Positions 9,968-19,282 are shown, numbered from the stretch's first letter. The stretch is 64,000 nt of DNA from Candidatus Ozemobacteraceae bacterium (GCA_965140445.1 OZ223236.1:1952001-2016000), one strand, 5' to 3'. The notes: generated by a model from the sequence alone, not told the origin. A program made the numbers and translations.

Positions 9968-12900
9968 TTATTTTTGCATTGCCTCGGTTGCTATTCTTAC
10001 CTGATTTCTACCATTATCTTTGGCAATATACAAGGCCTTGTCCGCTTCTTCAATCAGTTCTTCAACAGAAGGGTCCCTTGTGCCAAGGGCTGTAATGCCT
10101 ACTGAGGCCGTTACTTTCATGGTTGAATCCTTATATTGATATACGGAGCCTTCAATAGCTTTTCTTATTCTTTCAGCTACAACAAATCCTTCTTTTATAT
10201 TCGTCTGGGGAAGGATTACTGCCATCTCTTCTCCGCCATATCGACCTGGAGTGTCTACCGAGCGGATACTCTCCACTATTCTTTGAGCTGTTTCTTTCAA
10301 AACATGATCACCGGCCTGATGCCCGTAGGTGTCGTTAAATTTCTTGAAGTGATCAATATCAATCAAAATAATGGCAACATCAAGTTGGTAACGTTTTGAG
10401 CGGTTTACTTCTTTATCAAGGTTTGCCATAAAGAATCTTCGCACGTATAGCTTGGTCAGGCCGTCTGTGATCGCCTGCTCGAATAAGCGTTGTTTTTCAA
10501 TAATTAACGAAAGGTGATGTCTTAGCGTTTCAATAAAGCTGTTTTCGTCCTCGGAAAAAACTGCACCTTTTTCCAGGCGACTTTGGTCAAAAACCAGATA
10601 AATTGCTCCAAATTTTTTATCTTCAAAAAATAAGGGAATCCCAAGGATATGCTTGGATAGCTTTTCATCAAAATGGGTGGTAGTTCTGAATGTTTTCAAT
10701 GCTTTTCTGGCAACATTCCTGATAGAATCAGCTTCTTCTTCGCTTCTATTTTCGGATAGATAAATGAGGTTTTCGCCTTCGCCTTCATTTACCCAGCCAG
10801 TGCCGCCGCTTTCTGCGCCAAGATGTTTTGTTAGATTCTCAGATGCAAGTTCAAAAACTTCTCTTTGATTGTGGGAAGTTGATGCTTTCTGAGTGAGGTT
10901 GTAAAGCACGGTTAATTCTGTCAGCCTGTTTCTCAGCCTTTTCGTCATAAAGTTGAAGGTGGAAGACAGTTCTCCAAGTTCATCCTTTGAAAAAACCGGA
11001 AGCTCAAGGCTTAACTCACCATTGGTAATATCTTTTGCTCCGCGTGAAATAATAGAAACCGGAGTTAAAAATTCCTTAACAATAATTGTGACCAGGAAGA
11101 TTGAAGCCAGAAGCGTGAAAGACAGTGCTGCGGCGATAATCATATATATGAAATGGATCGATTCCATGATTTTGTTCCATTTAATCCTGGCACCGATCAG
11201 ATAATCAGCGACAAATTTACCCACATTTACCGCAACCAGCTGTTTGTTGTTTCCATCGGTAATCTTATCTGTTTCAGGTGTTTGATTCAATTTCACCGTG
11301 GACATTAATGGCAAAAGGTTTGCTTTGAATGTTGGTGTGATTTTTGGGAAGGTTTCCGAAATGTCATTCAGGTTAACAACAAAAACTTCAAAATCGTGAT
11401 TGGATTTAAATTGTCTTGTTATTGCCTGTTTCAGGTAGGCATTGTCGGTCATTTGCTTGTCTAAGGTTGCAACAATTGCATAAGCCTGACCAGATTCTGT
11501 GGTTACAATATCGGTGTAAAGTAATTTTCTACGACTGGTTCCCGGCCATAAAACCTGGTGTAAGGTTTCAGTGTTTCTGGCAACAAGATCTATGAAACCG
11601 CCCGTTAGCAATTGATTGATGTTTTTCAATTCCTCTGATTTATCATGTGCCTCAATGGAGTTGTTAAGGGTTCTTTTGCCCAGCTCTTTTATAAATGCTT
11701 TGCTTTGAGGTGTCTTGGAAATATTTCCAATATCGAACTCTATATCTCCATTGACAGAAACAAGATAGAAGTTTTCGATTTTTCCGGTTTTGTAGAACGC
11801 GAACATTGATTGATAGAGTTCAGCCCTGTTCATAGATGTAATTTCCGGGAGTTTTTTCAGGTTTCTAAGCCATGAATTGACACCCCTGTAGTAGTCCTGA
11901 CTGGCGGTATCTATTCGCTCAATTATATCAATTAAGCCCAGGTCGGCTTGATTGCTGAGTAGTTTCTCTTTACTTAGAGAAAATTGTAGTGCAATAAAGA
12001 TCAAGACTGAAATAGGAAGGAGCATGCACAGGAAAAACAGCGAAGAAAGCTTTTTCTTCAGTGATAATCCATGGTCAAGGTTTCTTCGGAAGAAGTGGAA
12101 AAAGAGAAAGCCAAGTAGTCCTGCAATTACAATGGCAATTGTTCGGGCCGTTGAAAGATCAGATTCCATCATTATTCTCAATCCTTTGATCGAAAACAAC
12201 GAAAAGATATTATAAGGTGAGGTTTCTGTCATTGGCATGGACATAAAAACCCAGTCATTTTCAATCAGAGGTGATTGATGTTCTCTTTTAAAAACCTCTA
12301 TCAGGTTTTTTGCTACAGGGGTTAGCTTCGGATAGGCAAGTTTAATTGCATCGCTTGTGGAGTCAAAGTATCCATTGGAAAAGTCTGGATTCGCAGTCGG
12401 ATCTTTTCCTAGAACCTGGTTAACCCCAAAAAGATCGTTGAGGTCGCTTTGGCAAACAATTGCTGCAAAGCCCCCCTGTTCATTATTGTCCGAATTAAAA
12501 TAATCCCAGAAAAAATAAGCTTTCTTTGAATCTTCAATGAATGAAATGACTTTATCTGGGCTTTGCAGAGCCTGAGTTATCGGGAAGTTCTCGTCGACAA
12601 ATGGGTAAAGCCTGGCCAGGAAGTCCTTGTTTTTTTGTTTAAAGTTTTCAAGTTGGGTTGTAGTTTGTAGCAATGCGCCTGTCGTAAAATCATTGTGGGC
12701 ATCAGTTAAAAGTTTCGAAAATGCTTCTCCCTGAGCAATGGAGACTGGAAAAGTGCTCGAAGAGACCAGTTCTTTAATTAAATTGTTTTGCTTGTCCCAG
12801 AAAACCAGATTGGTTCCGGGTGGAAGTTCAGTTAACAGGTCATCCAGGAGACCGCGTTTATCAAAGTCGCCTTTTACAAAGTTTTTACGGAAATTGTTTC

Positions 12901-13147
12901 TGAAGCTCTGAAAAAGCTGCTGGAAAATTTGCTTGTTAGAAGAACGACTTCGGAAACTGATCAGCTCTCTTTGGTAGTATTTTATCGTCCTGTCTCTGGT
13001 TTCAAAATATTGATTTTCCACCAGCGTTTTATGGCATTCAAGGAAAATAAATAACGGTAAAATAGCAAAGAAAACATACACAGCGACCCACAAAATCGGT
13101 TTATTCAGACTTGATGAATATATTTTGTTTGTATCTGCTGATTTCAT
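9968..13147 (-). CDS. Membrane-bound diguanylate cyclase (extracytoplasmic sensor domains, HAMP, GAF, GGDEF)
   Basis: HAMP (DELGELSSTFNFMT), D-I-D-H-F-K-K-F-N-D-T-Y-G-H, RYGGEEM active site, RSVD I-site, ADKALY. Confidence 0.92.
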   Translation of the reverse strand: MKSADTNKIYSSSLNKPILWVAVYVFFAILPLFIFLECHKTLVENQYFETRDRTIKYYQRELISFRSRSSNKQIFQQLFQSFRNNFRKNFVKGDFDKRGLLDDLLTELPPGTNLVFWDKQNNLIKELVSSSTFPVSIAQGEAFSKLLTDAHNDFTTGALLQTTTQLENFKQKNKDFLARLYPFVDENFPITQALQSPDKVISFIEDSKKAYFFWDYFNSDNNEQGGFAAIVCQSDLNDLFGVNQVLGKDPTANPDFSNGYFDSTSDAIKLAYPKLTPVAKNLIEVFKREHQSPLIENDWVFMSMPMTETSPYNIFSLFSIKGLRIMMESDLSTARTIAIVIAGLLGFLFFHFFRRNLDHGLSLKKKLSSLFFLCMLLPISVLIFIALQFSLSKEKLLSNQADLGLIDIIERIDTASQDYYRGVNSWLRNLKKLPEITSMNRAELYQSMFAFYKTGKIENFYLVSVNGDIEFDIGNISKTPQSKAFIKELGKRTLNNSIEAHDKSEELKNINQLLTGGFIDLVARNTETLHQVLWPGTSRRKLLYTDIVTTESGQAYAIVATLDKQMTDNAYLKQAITRQFKSNHDFEVFVVNLNDISETFPKITPTFKANLLPLMSTVKLNQTPETDKITDGNNKQLVAVNVGKFVADYLIGARIKWNKIMESIHFIYMIIAAALSFTLLASIFLVTIIVKEFLTPVSIISRGAKDITNGELSLELPVFSKDELGELSSTFNFMTKRLRNRLTELTVLYNLTQKASTSHNQREVFELASENLTKHLGAESGGTGWVNEGEGENLIYLSENRSEEEADSIRNVARKALKTFRTTTHFDEKLSKHILGIPLFFEDKKFGAIYLVFDQSRLEKGAVFSEDENSFIETLRHHLSLIIEKQRLFEQAITDGLTKLYVRRFFMANLDKEVNRSKRYQLDVAIILIDIDHFKKFNDTYGHQAGDHVLKETAQRIVESIRSVDTPGRYGGEEMAVILPQTNIKEGFVVAERIRKAIEGSVYQYKDSTMKVTASVGITALGTRDPSVEELIEEADKALYIAKDNGRNQVRIATEAMQK

Positions 13148-13220
13148 TACATTTTTCTGGATTTAGCATGAGTGTACATGTTAATCATATTAAAGCTATT
13201 TATATCACTGGGAGTAGATT

Positions 13221-13931
13221 ATGTCTATTGGCAAAAAAAAATATTTGTGCCTTTTAACTCTGATAATTAATTTGTTTTTCCTTTCTCCAGGTTATTCTGT
13301 TCCAATACATGTCATGGAGGGCGGTGTACCATACGCATCTCCAGATGCATTGATCGAAGAAGGAATCAGGCTTGGAAGCGCCGAGCTTCTCAGGAAGGCC
13401 TGGAGCCACTACGAAGATTCTCTTAAAATAAATGAAGACGCCAAAGATGGCTTTCTTGAACTTGGAAAAATCTATTTTCATCTTTCTTTGATGGGAATTT
13501 CTACTGAGAAAGAATTTGAAACTGCACGGCGGTATGCTGGAAAAGCAGTAAAGAATAACCCTGAAGACCCTCAAGCCCACCAGGCTCTTGGTTTAACCTT
13601 TGCCGGAAGAGGGGCTTTCCTTGAAGCATTTGAGGAACTGACGATCGCCTTTCATTTGAATCCTGGAAATGAATATGTTTACTGTGATTTAGCAGCTCTT
13701 CATCTGGCTTTACAACAGCCTAAAAAAACAATTGAGCTTCTGGAAGGCCGAAACCTTAAGAATGGCTGGTCTTATCTGGTTCTTGCAATGGCATGGTTGC
13801 ACCAGGATAAAAAGGGAAAAGCTGTTTTAAACCTTATGAAAGCCAAAAAACTTGGATACGAAGGCTACTGGTTAGATCGAGCTTTAAAAAGACTTAGTAA
13901 AGAATTAAATCTTCCGTTAAATTCCTACTAG
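13221..13931 (+). CDS. Secreted TPR-repeat protein
   Basis: Signal peptide and TPR-like helices (NPEDPQAHQALGLTFAGRG; LNPGNEYVYCDLAALH). Confidence 0.7.
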   Translation: MSIGKKKYLCLLTLIINLFFLSPGYSVPIHVMEGGVPYASPDALIEEGIRLGSAELLRKAWSHYEDSLKINEDAKDGFLELGKIYFHLSLMGISTEKEFETARRYAGKAVKNNPEDPQAHQALGLTFAGRGAFLEAFEELTIAFHLNPGNEYVYCDLAALHLALQQPKKTIELLEGRNLKNGWSYLVLAMAWLHQDKKGKAVLNLMKAKKLGYEGYWLDRALKRLSKELNLPLNSY

Positions 13932-13937
13932 ATAAAT

Positions 13938-13989
13938 AAAAAAAAGCTACGAAAACCAATTTTAATGAGGTTTTCGTAGCTTTTTTTTT
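13938..13989. terminator. Bidirectional intrinsic terminator
   Basis: A-run, GCTACGAAAACC...GGTTTTCGTAGC stem, T-run, lying between convergent genes. Confidence 0.85.
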
Positions 13990-13995
13990 CTCGGA

Positions 13996-14574
13996 TTAGT
14001 GAAAAAGATTTTTGTATAAGAACAGGACAACCATGAGTCCCATAAAGATTCCGATACAAGTTGTAATCGGGTTTTTGTTGTACTGATACATCAATTTTTC
14101 CTTGAGAGTAGGGGAGTATTGCGTCCATCGAAGAAGCTCACGAGTATGCAACTCGTATTTTTCCACGACTTTGAAGCTTGAGTTTGTTTTGGCCATTAAT
14201 CTATGTTCGTGATATTTAAAGGTTATTGTTTTATCACCATCAAGAACCCCATGCAAATCACAATACCACTGAAAATTGTCCGAACTTAAAGCCACCAGAA
14301 AATACTTGCAATCCTTGGTTGGCGGCACAGGGGGCTTTGGTAAATATTGGGTCCCCAGATACATGGTCTTGGCATTATCATAATCGCTCCAGCGCGGAAT
14401 ATTTTTCCCCGTTTCCTTCAGATACTTCTCTGTCGCTTCGTTAAGCATTTTCAGATTAGCTCTGCATTCCTGTGTGATTTCTTTCCCTGTATCAATGGCA
14501 AAAGCCGTAGAAGTTGAAAATGCAATAAATACCACAGCAAACACAATTGCGATGGCTTGTTTAAAAAGCTTCAA
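13996..14574 (-). CDS. Hypothetical exported protein with a pilin-head-like motif and a C-terminal membrane anchor
   Basis: TTG start after GGAGGT. Sec signal (AFA|ID), ECRANLKML...YLPKPP...C..Y...CDLHG pattern, C-terminal TM helix. Confidence 0.6.
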   Translation of the reverse strand: MKLFKQAIAIVFAVVFIAFSTSTAFAIDTGKEITQECRANLKMLNEATEKYLKETGKNIPRWSDYDNAKTMYLGTQYLPKPPVPPTKDCKYFLVALSSDNFQWYCDLHGVLDGDKTITFKYHEHRLMAKTNSSFKVVEKYELHTRELLRWTQYSPTLKEKLMYQYNKNPITTCIGIFMGLMVVLFLYKNLFH

Positions 14575-14608
14575 ACTGTGACCTCCAGAAAATTCAAGAC
14601 ATTACTAC

Positions 14609-14637
14609 TTGATTTTGCCACGAATTATGAGTAAAAT
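14609..14637 (+). promoter_or_regulatory. Sigma70-type promoter for the tRNA
   Basis: TTGATT-17 nt-TAAAAT, ending 14 nt before the tRNA. Confidence 0.55.
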
Positions 14638-14651
14638 CAAAAAACAAAATT

Positions 14652-14725
14652 GCACCTATAGCTCAGGTGGATAGAGCACAGGATTCCTAATCCTGGGGCC
14701 CCAAGTTCGAGTCTTGGTAGGTGCA
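14652..14725 (+). tRNA. tRNA-Arg (anticodon CCT), CCA not encoded
   Basis: Acceptor stem GCACCTA/TAGGTGC, D-arm GCTC-AGGTGGATA-GAGC, anticodon arm CAGGA-TTCCTAA-TCCTG, T-arm CCAAG-TTCGAGT-CTTGG. Confidence 0.97.
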
Positions 14726-14773
14726 TTTTTTTATGCCTGTTTTTCTCATCATACCCGCGAATTTTCTCCCCCC

Positions 14774-14801
14774 CGTCATGCCCGTGAAGACGGGCATCCA
14801 C
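14774..14801 (+). repeat. CGTC-tagged 28-bp palindromic (REP-like) repeat, left end of island
   Basis: CGTC ATGCCCGT GAAG ACGGGCAT CCAC, a perfect 8-bp stem. A half copy, CATCATACCCGCGAA, lies at 14747-14761. Confidence 0.85.
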
Positions 14802-14965
14802 CTAATTTCTTTTTATCCAGTTTATTAGCTTGTTTTGATATAAAAAAAGTCTTAAAAGTCTCTTTTTTACATCAAAAGCATACCTCTAAGACCAAAAAAC
14901 ACCATGTTTTCGCTGAAAAAATGGCTAAAAATAGTAATCTTCAAAGGTCCGACCTGAAATTTGGA

Positions 14966-14999
14966 GAAATACCCCGCCGAAATACCCCGAAATTCACCC
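14966..14999 (+). repeat. Tandem direct repeats GAAATACCCCG (two copies plus one degenerate)
   Basis: Exact copies at 14966-14976 and 14979-14989, and GAAATTCACCC at 14989-14999. Confidence 0.6.
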
Positions 15000-15095
15000 T
15001 AGCGCTTTCTCTTGTTCCGGTAAAAGAACTGCTATATCTACTACCTTTATTAGAAAGCTTATTGATTTAATTACCTTAGAATAGTGTGGGCAAGA

Positions 15096-15926
15096 TCAAT
15101 CACTCCACCATTTTCCTATTTTATAAATACCCCAACCAGCAATCCCAGCGGCAACTGCTGGAGCGGCTACCGCAATGGCGGCTCCAGTTGCCATTCCACC
15201 GCTCACAGTCCCACCAAGCGCCGCTAATCCGCTGGCTATTCCTGCAGCGCTCAAGCCCGCAGTAGTTCCAACGGCTGAGATTGTAGCAACAGTTCCAGCT
15301 GCACCAACTACAGTGCCGACTTTGGCGGCGGTTCTGCCTGAGGACCTTAGGTTCCGTTCTCTTTTAGATAAATTTTTATCATCTGCTAATGATTTATGGA
15401 CAGCAATATTTGTGACTATTGCAGGGACGGCAGCAAGGGTAGCAAGCCCGCCCATCGCGCCACCAATCCCGATGCCTGCTAAGCCAGACATTACCCCTGC
15501 GCCTGATAGACCAGCTGCGGTTCCTGCTGATGCAACTAAAGTCAAAGAACCGGTGCCTAATGCATAGGTTCCAACCGCAGCACCGGTGACAGTGAAAACA
15601 TCCGTTACCTGGTCACTTTTTATTTCGCCAGTTTTGCAATATCGTGCAAAATGCTCACAATTATTGGTAAATAAACCATAGTCTTTTTCACCCATTTTTT
15701 CTCTAGCTAGTCTTATGGTTTTGTTGGCACTGAAACACTCTGAATACTCCAGAATAAATGGTGTGTCCCCATCACAAAACTCTTCAAACGTAGTTTCTCT
15801 AATGGAGGCGTTTGATTTGGAACCAGGTTCTCCTGTGAAGTGAATTACTCTTTTTTTCCCTAAATAGATCCCATGGTGAGAGTATTTCGCACTGCGGTTA
15901 ACAAAAACATGATCTCCTCTTTTCAC
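15096..15926 (-). CDS. LRAT (lecithin:retinol acyltransferase)-family permuted NlpC/P60 protein with a Gly/Ala-rich hydrophobic C-terminus
   Basis: YSHHGIYLG..VIHF and YGLFTNNCEHF (His-His-Cys, NCEHF signature). GTG start after AAGGGG. Confidence 0.88.
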   Translation of the reverse strand: MKRGDHVFVNRSAKYSHHGIYLGKKRVIHFTGEPGSKSNASIRETTFEEFCDGDTPFILEYSECFSANKTIRLAREKMGEKDYGLFTNNCEHFARYCKTGEIKSDQVTDVFTVTGAAVGTYALGTGSLTLVASAGTAAGLSGAGVMSGLAGIGIGGAMGGLATLAAVPAIVTNIAVHKSLADDKNLSKRERNLRSSGRTAAKVGTVVGAAGTVATISAVGTTAGLSAAGIASGLAALGGTVSGGMATGAAIAVAAPAVAAGIAGWGIYKIGKWWSD

Positions 15927-16246
15927 TTTTGTATCCCCTTATTTGCCTTCTTAATTAGATTTTACTAAAAATTAAGCTTTTTCAGAAGATCTAGTTAGCA
16001 GCAGAAATCAAGGTGTAACAAATGTAGTATTTCGAGCAAAACAATTTTATATATATATTTTATTTTTTCATTACATAAACTTTTATCTGAAAACACTGCA
16101 CTTTATGCATTATCCGCTATTGATCAATGTCGGAAAGTTAAAATCAATACATTAAAGTATACCAGATACAACACAAAAATACTGACAAACCCGTTGAACA
16201 TGGTTAATATGGTTTCGTAATATCATACAAACAACAGAGGTAACTA

Positions 16247-17704
16247 ATGCTAACCGGGGAAATACGCAACAAAGTTGATGCTCTATGGACCGCGTTCTGG
16301 ACTGGGGGCATCGCAAACCCGCTTACGGTAATCGAACAGATTTCGTATCTGCTTTTTATTAAGCGGTTGGATGACATTCATACTCTGAAAGAGCTGAAGG
16401 CCAATAGAATCAACAAGCCAGTTGAAGATCCGGTATTTAGCGATAAACAGCAGCATCTGCGCTGGTCAAAGTTCAAGCACCTTGAGCCAGGTGAAATGTT
16501 TAAGTTGTTTCAGGAAGAAGTATTTCCCTTCATAAAGAATCTTGCCAGTAGCACAGACACTACTTTTGCTAAGACAATGGCAGATGCAATCTTCATTATC
16601 CCCAAGCCCAGCCTTCTAACTCAGGCAGTGGAATTAATCGAAGACATCCCCATGAAGGATCGTGACACCAAGGGCGATGTTTACGAATACATGCTGGGTA
16701 AGATCTCTTCAGCTGGCCAGAACGGGCAGTTTAGAACGCCACGTCATATCATCAAAATGATGGTTGAGCTGATGCAGCCAAAAGTTAAAGATTTTATTTG
16801 TGACCCCGCCTGTGGAACTGCGGGCTTCCTGGTTGCTGCAGGTGAGTATATCCGTGAGCATAGCGAGATTGAATATCACTCGTCCGATAACCGTGACCAC
16901 GTTAATGGCCGTCTGTTCAATGGGTTCGACTTTGATACCACGATGTTGCGCATAGGAAGCATGAACATGATGATGCATGGGGTCGAAAATCCCAACATCA
17001 TGTATAAAGACTCGCTTTCGGACAATAATAAAGAAGCTGAGGAATATACTCTTGTTCTTGCTAATCCACCATTTAAGGGTAGTCTGGCTTATGATGAAGT
17101 TTCAAAGAAGCTGTTAGAGACTGTAAAGACCAAGAAAACTGAGATTCTTTTTCTGGCACTTATGCTGAGACTTCTCAAATCTGGTGGAAGATGTGCGGTC
17201 ATTGTTCCTGATGGTGTGCTTTTTGGCTCATCCAAGGCCCACCTTGACATCCGAAAAGAGATTATTGACTCACACCGCCTGGAGGCAGTTATCTCTTTAC
17301 CAGCAGGCGTATTTAAGCCTTATGCCGGTGTAAGCACCGGGATCATGATATTTACCAAGACCGGAACAGGTGGAACTGACAAAGTGTGGTTCTATGACAT
17401 GCAGGCCGACGGATACAGCCTGGACGATAAGAGAAACAAGATCGATGCCGATGATATCCCGGATGTTATCAAGCGCTGGCATAACCTTGAAGCAGAAAGC
17501 AAACGTAAACGAACTGATAAGTCATTCATGGTGCCTGTAGATGACATCAGGAAAGAAAAATATGACCTGACAGTAGGCAGATATAAAGAGATTGTCTACG
17601 ATGAAGTGAAATACGATCCACCGAAAGTCATACTCGCCGAGATCATGAGTATGGAAAAAGAGATCCAGAAAGGCCTTGAAGAACTGGATGGTATGCTGGG
17701 ATGA
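16247..17704 (+). CDS. hsdM: Type I R-M DNA methyltransferase subunit M (m6A)
   Basis: GQFRTPRH, DPACGTAGF (SAM binding), ANPPF (catalytic), GVFKPY; GAGG RBS. Confidence 0.97.
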   Translation: MLTGEIRNKVDALWTAFWTGGIANPLTVIEQISYLLFIKRLDDIHTLKELKANRINKPVEDPVFSDKQQHLRWSKFKHLEPGEMFKLFQEEVFPFIKNLASSTDTTFAKTMADAIFIIPKPSLLTQAVELIEDIPMKDRDTKGDVYEYMLGKISSAGQNGQFRTPRHIIKMMVELMQPKVKDFICDPACGTAGFLVAAGEYIREHSEIEYHSSDNRDHVNGRLFNGFDFDTTMLRIGSMNMMMHGVENPNIMYKDSLSDNNKEAEEYTLVLANPPFKGSLAYDEVSKKLLETVKTKKTEILFLALMLRLLKSGGRCAVIVPDGVLFGSSKAHLDIRKEIIDSHRLEAVISLPAGVFKPYAGVSTGIMIFTKTGTGGTDKVWFYDMQADGYSLDDKRNKIDADDIPDVIKRWHNLEAESKRKRTDKSFMVPVDDIRKEKYDLTVGRYKEIVYDEVKYDPPKVILAEIMSMEKEIQKGLEELDGMLG

Positions 17705-18825
17705 GCTGGCCTACATTTTCTCTACTTGAACTTTGTAATGTATCAACAGGGAAAAGGGATGCTAATCACGGCGAAAATGGTGGTGATTACCCTTTTTATA
17801 CTTGCGCTGCAGAGCCAATAGCTTCACCGACTTTCTCTTTTGAAGGTGAATCAATAATTATTCCTGGAAATGGAGCTAACGTTGGATTGGTGCTATTCTA
17901 TGACGGGAAGTTTGAAGCTTATCAAAGAACGTATATTCTCAATTCCTTTTCCAATAAGGTTTTGCCAAAATATCTGTTTCTAAATCTCAAAGGGATGTGG
18001 AGCAGACATTGTTCAAATCTCCAGTTCGGAAGTGCAACAAATTATATAAAGATGGACTCTTTTGAAAAATTTAAAATCCCCCTCCCACCTCTACCAATCC
18101 AGAAAAGGATTGCGGCGGTGCTGGAGAAGGCCGATGAGTTACGGCGCAAGCGCGAAGAGCAGATAAAGCGGCTCGATGACCTGCTGCAGGCGACCTTCCT
18201 CGATATGTTCGGTGATCCCGTTACCAACCCGAAGGGATGGCCTATAGGGCAAATAAAGGGTTTTGCAGATGTGAGAATAGGTCCTTTCGGAAGCTTATTG
18301 CACGTTGAGGATTATATTGAAGGTGGAATCCCCTTGGTTAACCCATCACACATTGTTGATGGGGAAATAGTTCCTGACCCCAAACTGTCTTTAACCGATG
18401 ATAAATTTGAGGAGCTTTCCACATACGCCTTAGCTGAAGGAGATGTGGTGATTGGTCGAAGGGGCGAGATTGGTCGATGTGCTGTAGTAAAGAAAAAGAG
18501 GCTCTTCTGTGGTACTGGGAGCATGTTTATTCGCATTAAAAACTCGTTCATACCAGATATTTTACAAAGAGTTATCTCATCAGATCAGGTTAAGCAACTG
18601 TTGTTAAATCAATCTGTTGGAGTAACAATGAAGAATTTGAATGCTGGAATCATTAAAGATTTGCAGGTGCCATTGTTTCCTCTATCTCTGCAAAGAAGGT
18701 TTTTGACCTTTTCACAGAGCCTCGCTCAGCAGAAGAAAGAAATGCAAGACTCGTCAAGAACAATATCGAGTTTTCTTAACTCCCTCATGCAGCGAGCATT
18801 CAAAGGAGAGCTGGATCTGAAATGA
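17701..18825 (+). CDS. hsdS: Type I R-M specificity subunit S
   Basis: Two TRDs separated by the conserved IPLPPLPIQKRIAAVL...DMFGDPVTNPKGW; C-terminal SLMQRAFKGEL; ATGA overlap with hsdM. Confidence 0.96.
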   Translation: MSWPTFSLLELCNVSTGKRDANHGENGGDYPFYTCAAEPIASPTFSFEGESIIIPGNGANVGLVLFYDGKFEAYQRTYILNSFSNKVLPKYLFLNLKGMWSRHCSNLQFGSATNYIKMDSFEKFKIPLPPLPIQKRIAAVLEKADELRRKREEQIKRLDDLLQATFLDMFGDPVTNPKGWPIGQIKGFADVRIGPFGSLLHVEDYIEGGIPLVNPSHIVDGEIVPDPKLSLTDDKFEELSTYALAEGDVVIGRRGEIGRCAVVKKKRLFCGTGSMFIRIKNSFIPDILQRVISSDQVKQLLLNQSVGVTMKNLNAGIIKDLQVPLFPLSLQRRFLTFSQSLAQQKKEMQDSSRTISSFLNSLMQRAFKGELDLK

Positions 18826-18833
18826 CTTCTAGC

Positions 18834-18861
18834 CGTCACACCCGCGAAGGCGGGTGTCCAG
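18834..18861 (+). repeat. CGTC-tagged REP-like hairpin, copy A1
   Basis: CGTC ACACCCGC GAAG GCGGGTGT CCAG, 12 nt upstream of the GIY-YIG ATG. Confidence 0.92.
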
Positions 18862-18873
18862 GAAAGGAAGTGA

Positions 18874-19173
18874 ATGGGCAAACCACCTAAACAGCCTTGC
18901 GTTTATATTCTTGCCAGCAAAAGAAACGGAACATTGTATATCGGTGTAACCAGTAGTCTGGTTCAGAGAATCTGGCAGCATAAAAACAATGAAGTCGAAG
19001 GCTTTACCAAAAAGTATCAGGTTCACCGGCTTGTTTATTATGAATTGCACGAGACTATGGAATCTGCAATAACTCGTGAAAAGCAGATGAAAAAGTGGAA
19101 CCGGGACTGGAAGATTAAACTTATTGAAAAAGAGAACCCGAACTGGCATGATTTATGGAGTGATTTGGTTTAA
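18874..19173 (+). CDS. Small stand-alone GIY-YIG nuclease family protein
   Basis: CVYILAS...TLYIGVT, conserved Arg (QRIWQHK), AITREKQMKKWNRDWKIKLIE...NP.W.DL; AGGAAG RBS. Confidence 0.93.
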   Translation: MGKPPKQPCVYILASKRNGTLYIGVTSSLVQRIWQHKNNEVEGFTKKYQVHRLVYYELHETMESAITREKQMKKWNRDWKIKLIEKENPNWHDLWSDLV

Positions 19174-19174
19174 G

Positions 19175-19202
19175 CTAGATTCCCGCCTGCGCGGGAATGA
19201 CG
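19175..19202 (-). repeat. CGTC-tagged REP-like hairpin, copy B1
   Basis: Minus strand reads CGTC ATTCCCGC GCAG GCGGGAAT CTAG; 1 nt after the GIY-YIG stop. Confidence 0.92.
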
Positions 19203-19235
19203 ACTGTTGAAACTGTTTGATGCCCTGCTTAGAAT

Positions 19236-19263
19236 GTGGATTCCCGCCTGCGCGGGAATGACA
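19236..19263 (-). repeat. REP-like hairpin, copy B2
   Basis: Minus strand reads TGTC ATTCCCGC GCAG GCGGGAAT CCAC. Confidence 0.9.
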
Positions 19264-19282
19264 AAGAATGGGGCGATGGTTC

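Noticed and set aside
14714..15070. 118-aa ORF after the tRNA
   Set aside because: Starts inside the tRNA, runs through the repeats, has no RBS and no recognisable motif.
15175..15567. 130-aa Ala/Pro-rich ORF
   Set aside because: Antisense mirror of the Gly/Ala-rich LRAT tail.
18829..19149. 106-aa ORF antisense to the GIY-YIG gene
   Set aside because: Shadow ORF; the plus-strand product has clear family motifs and an RBS.
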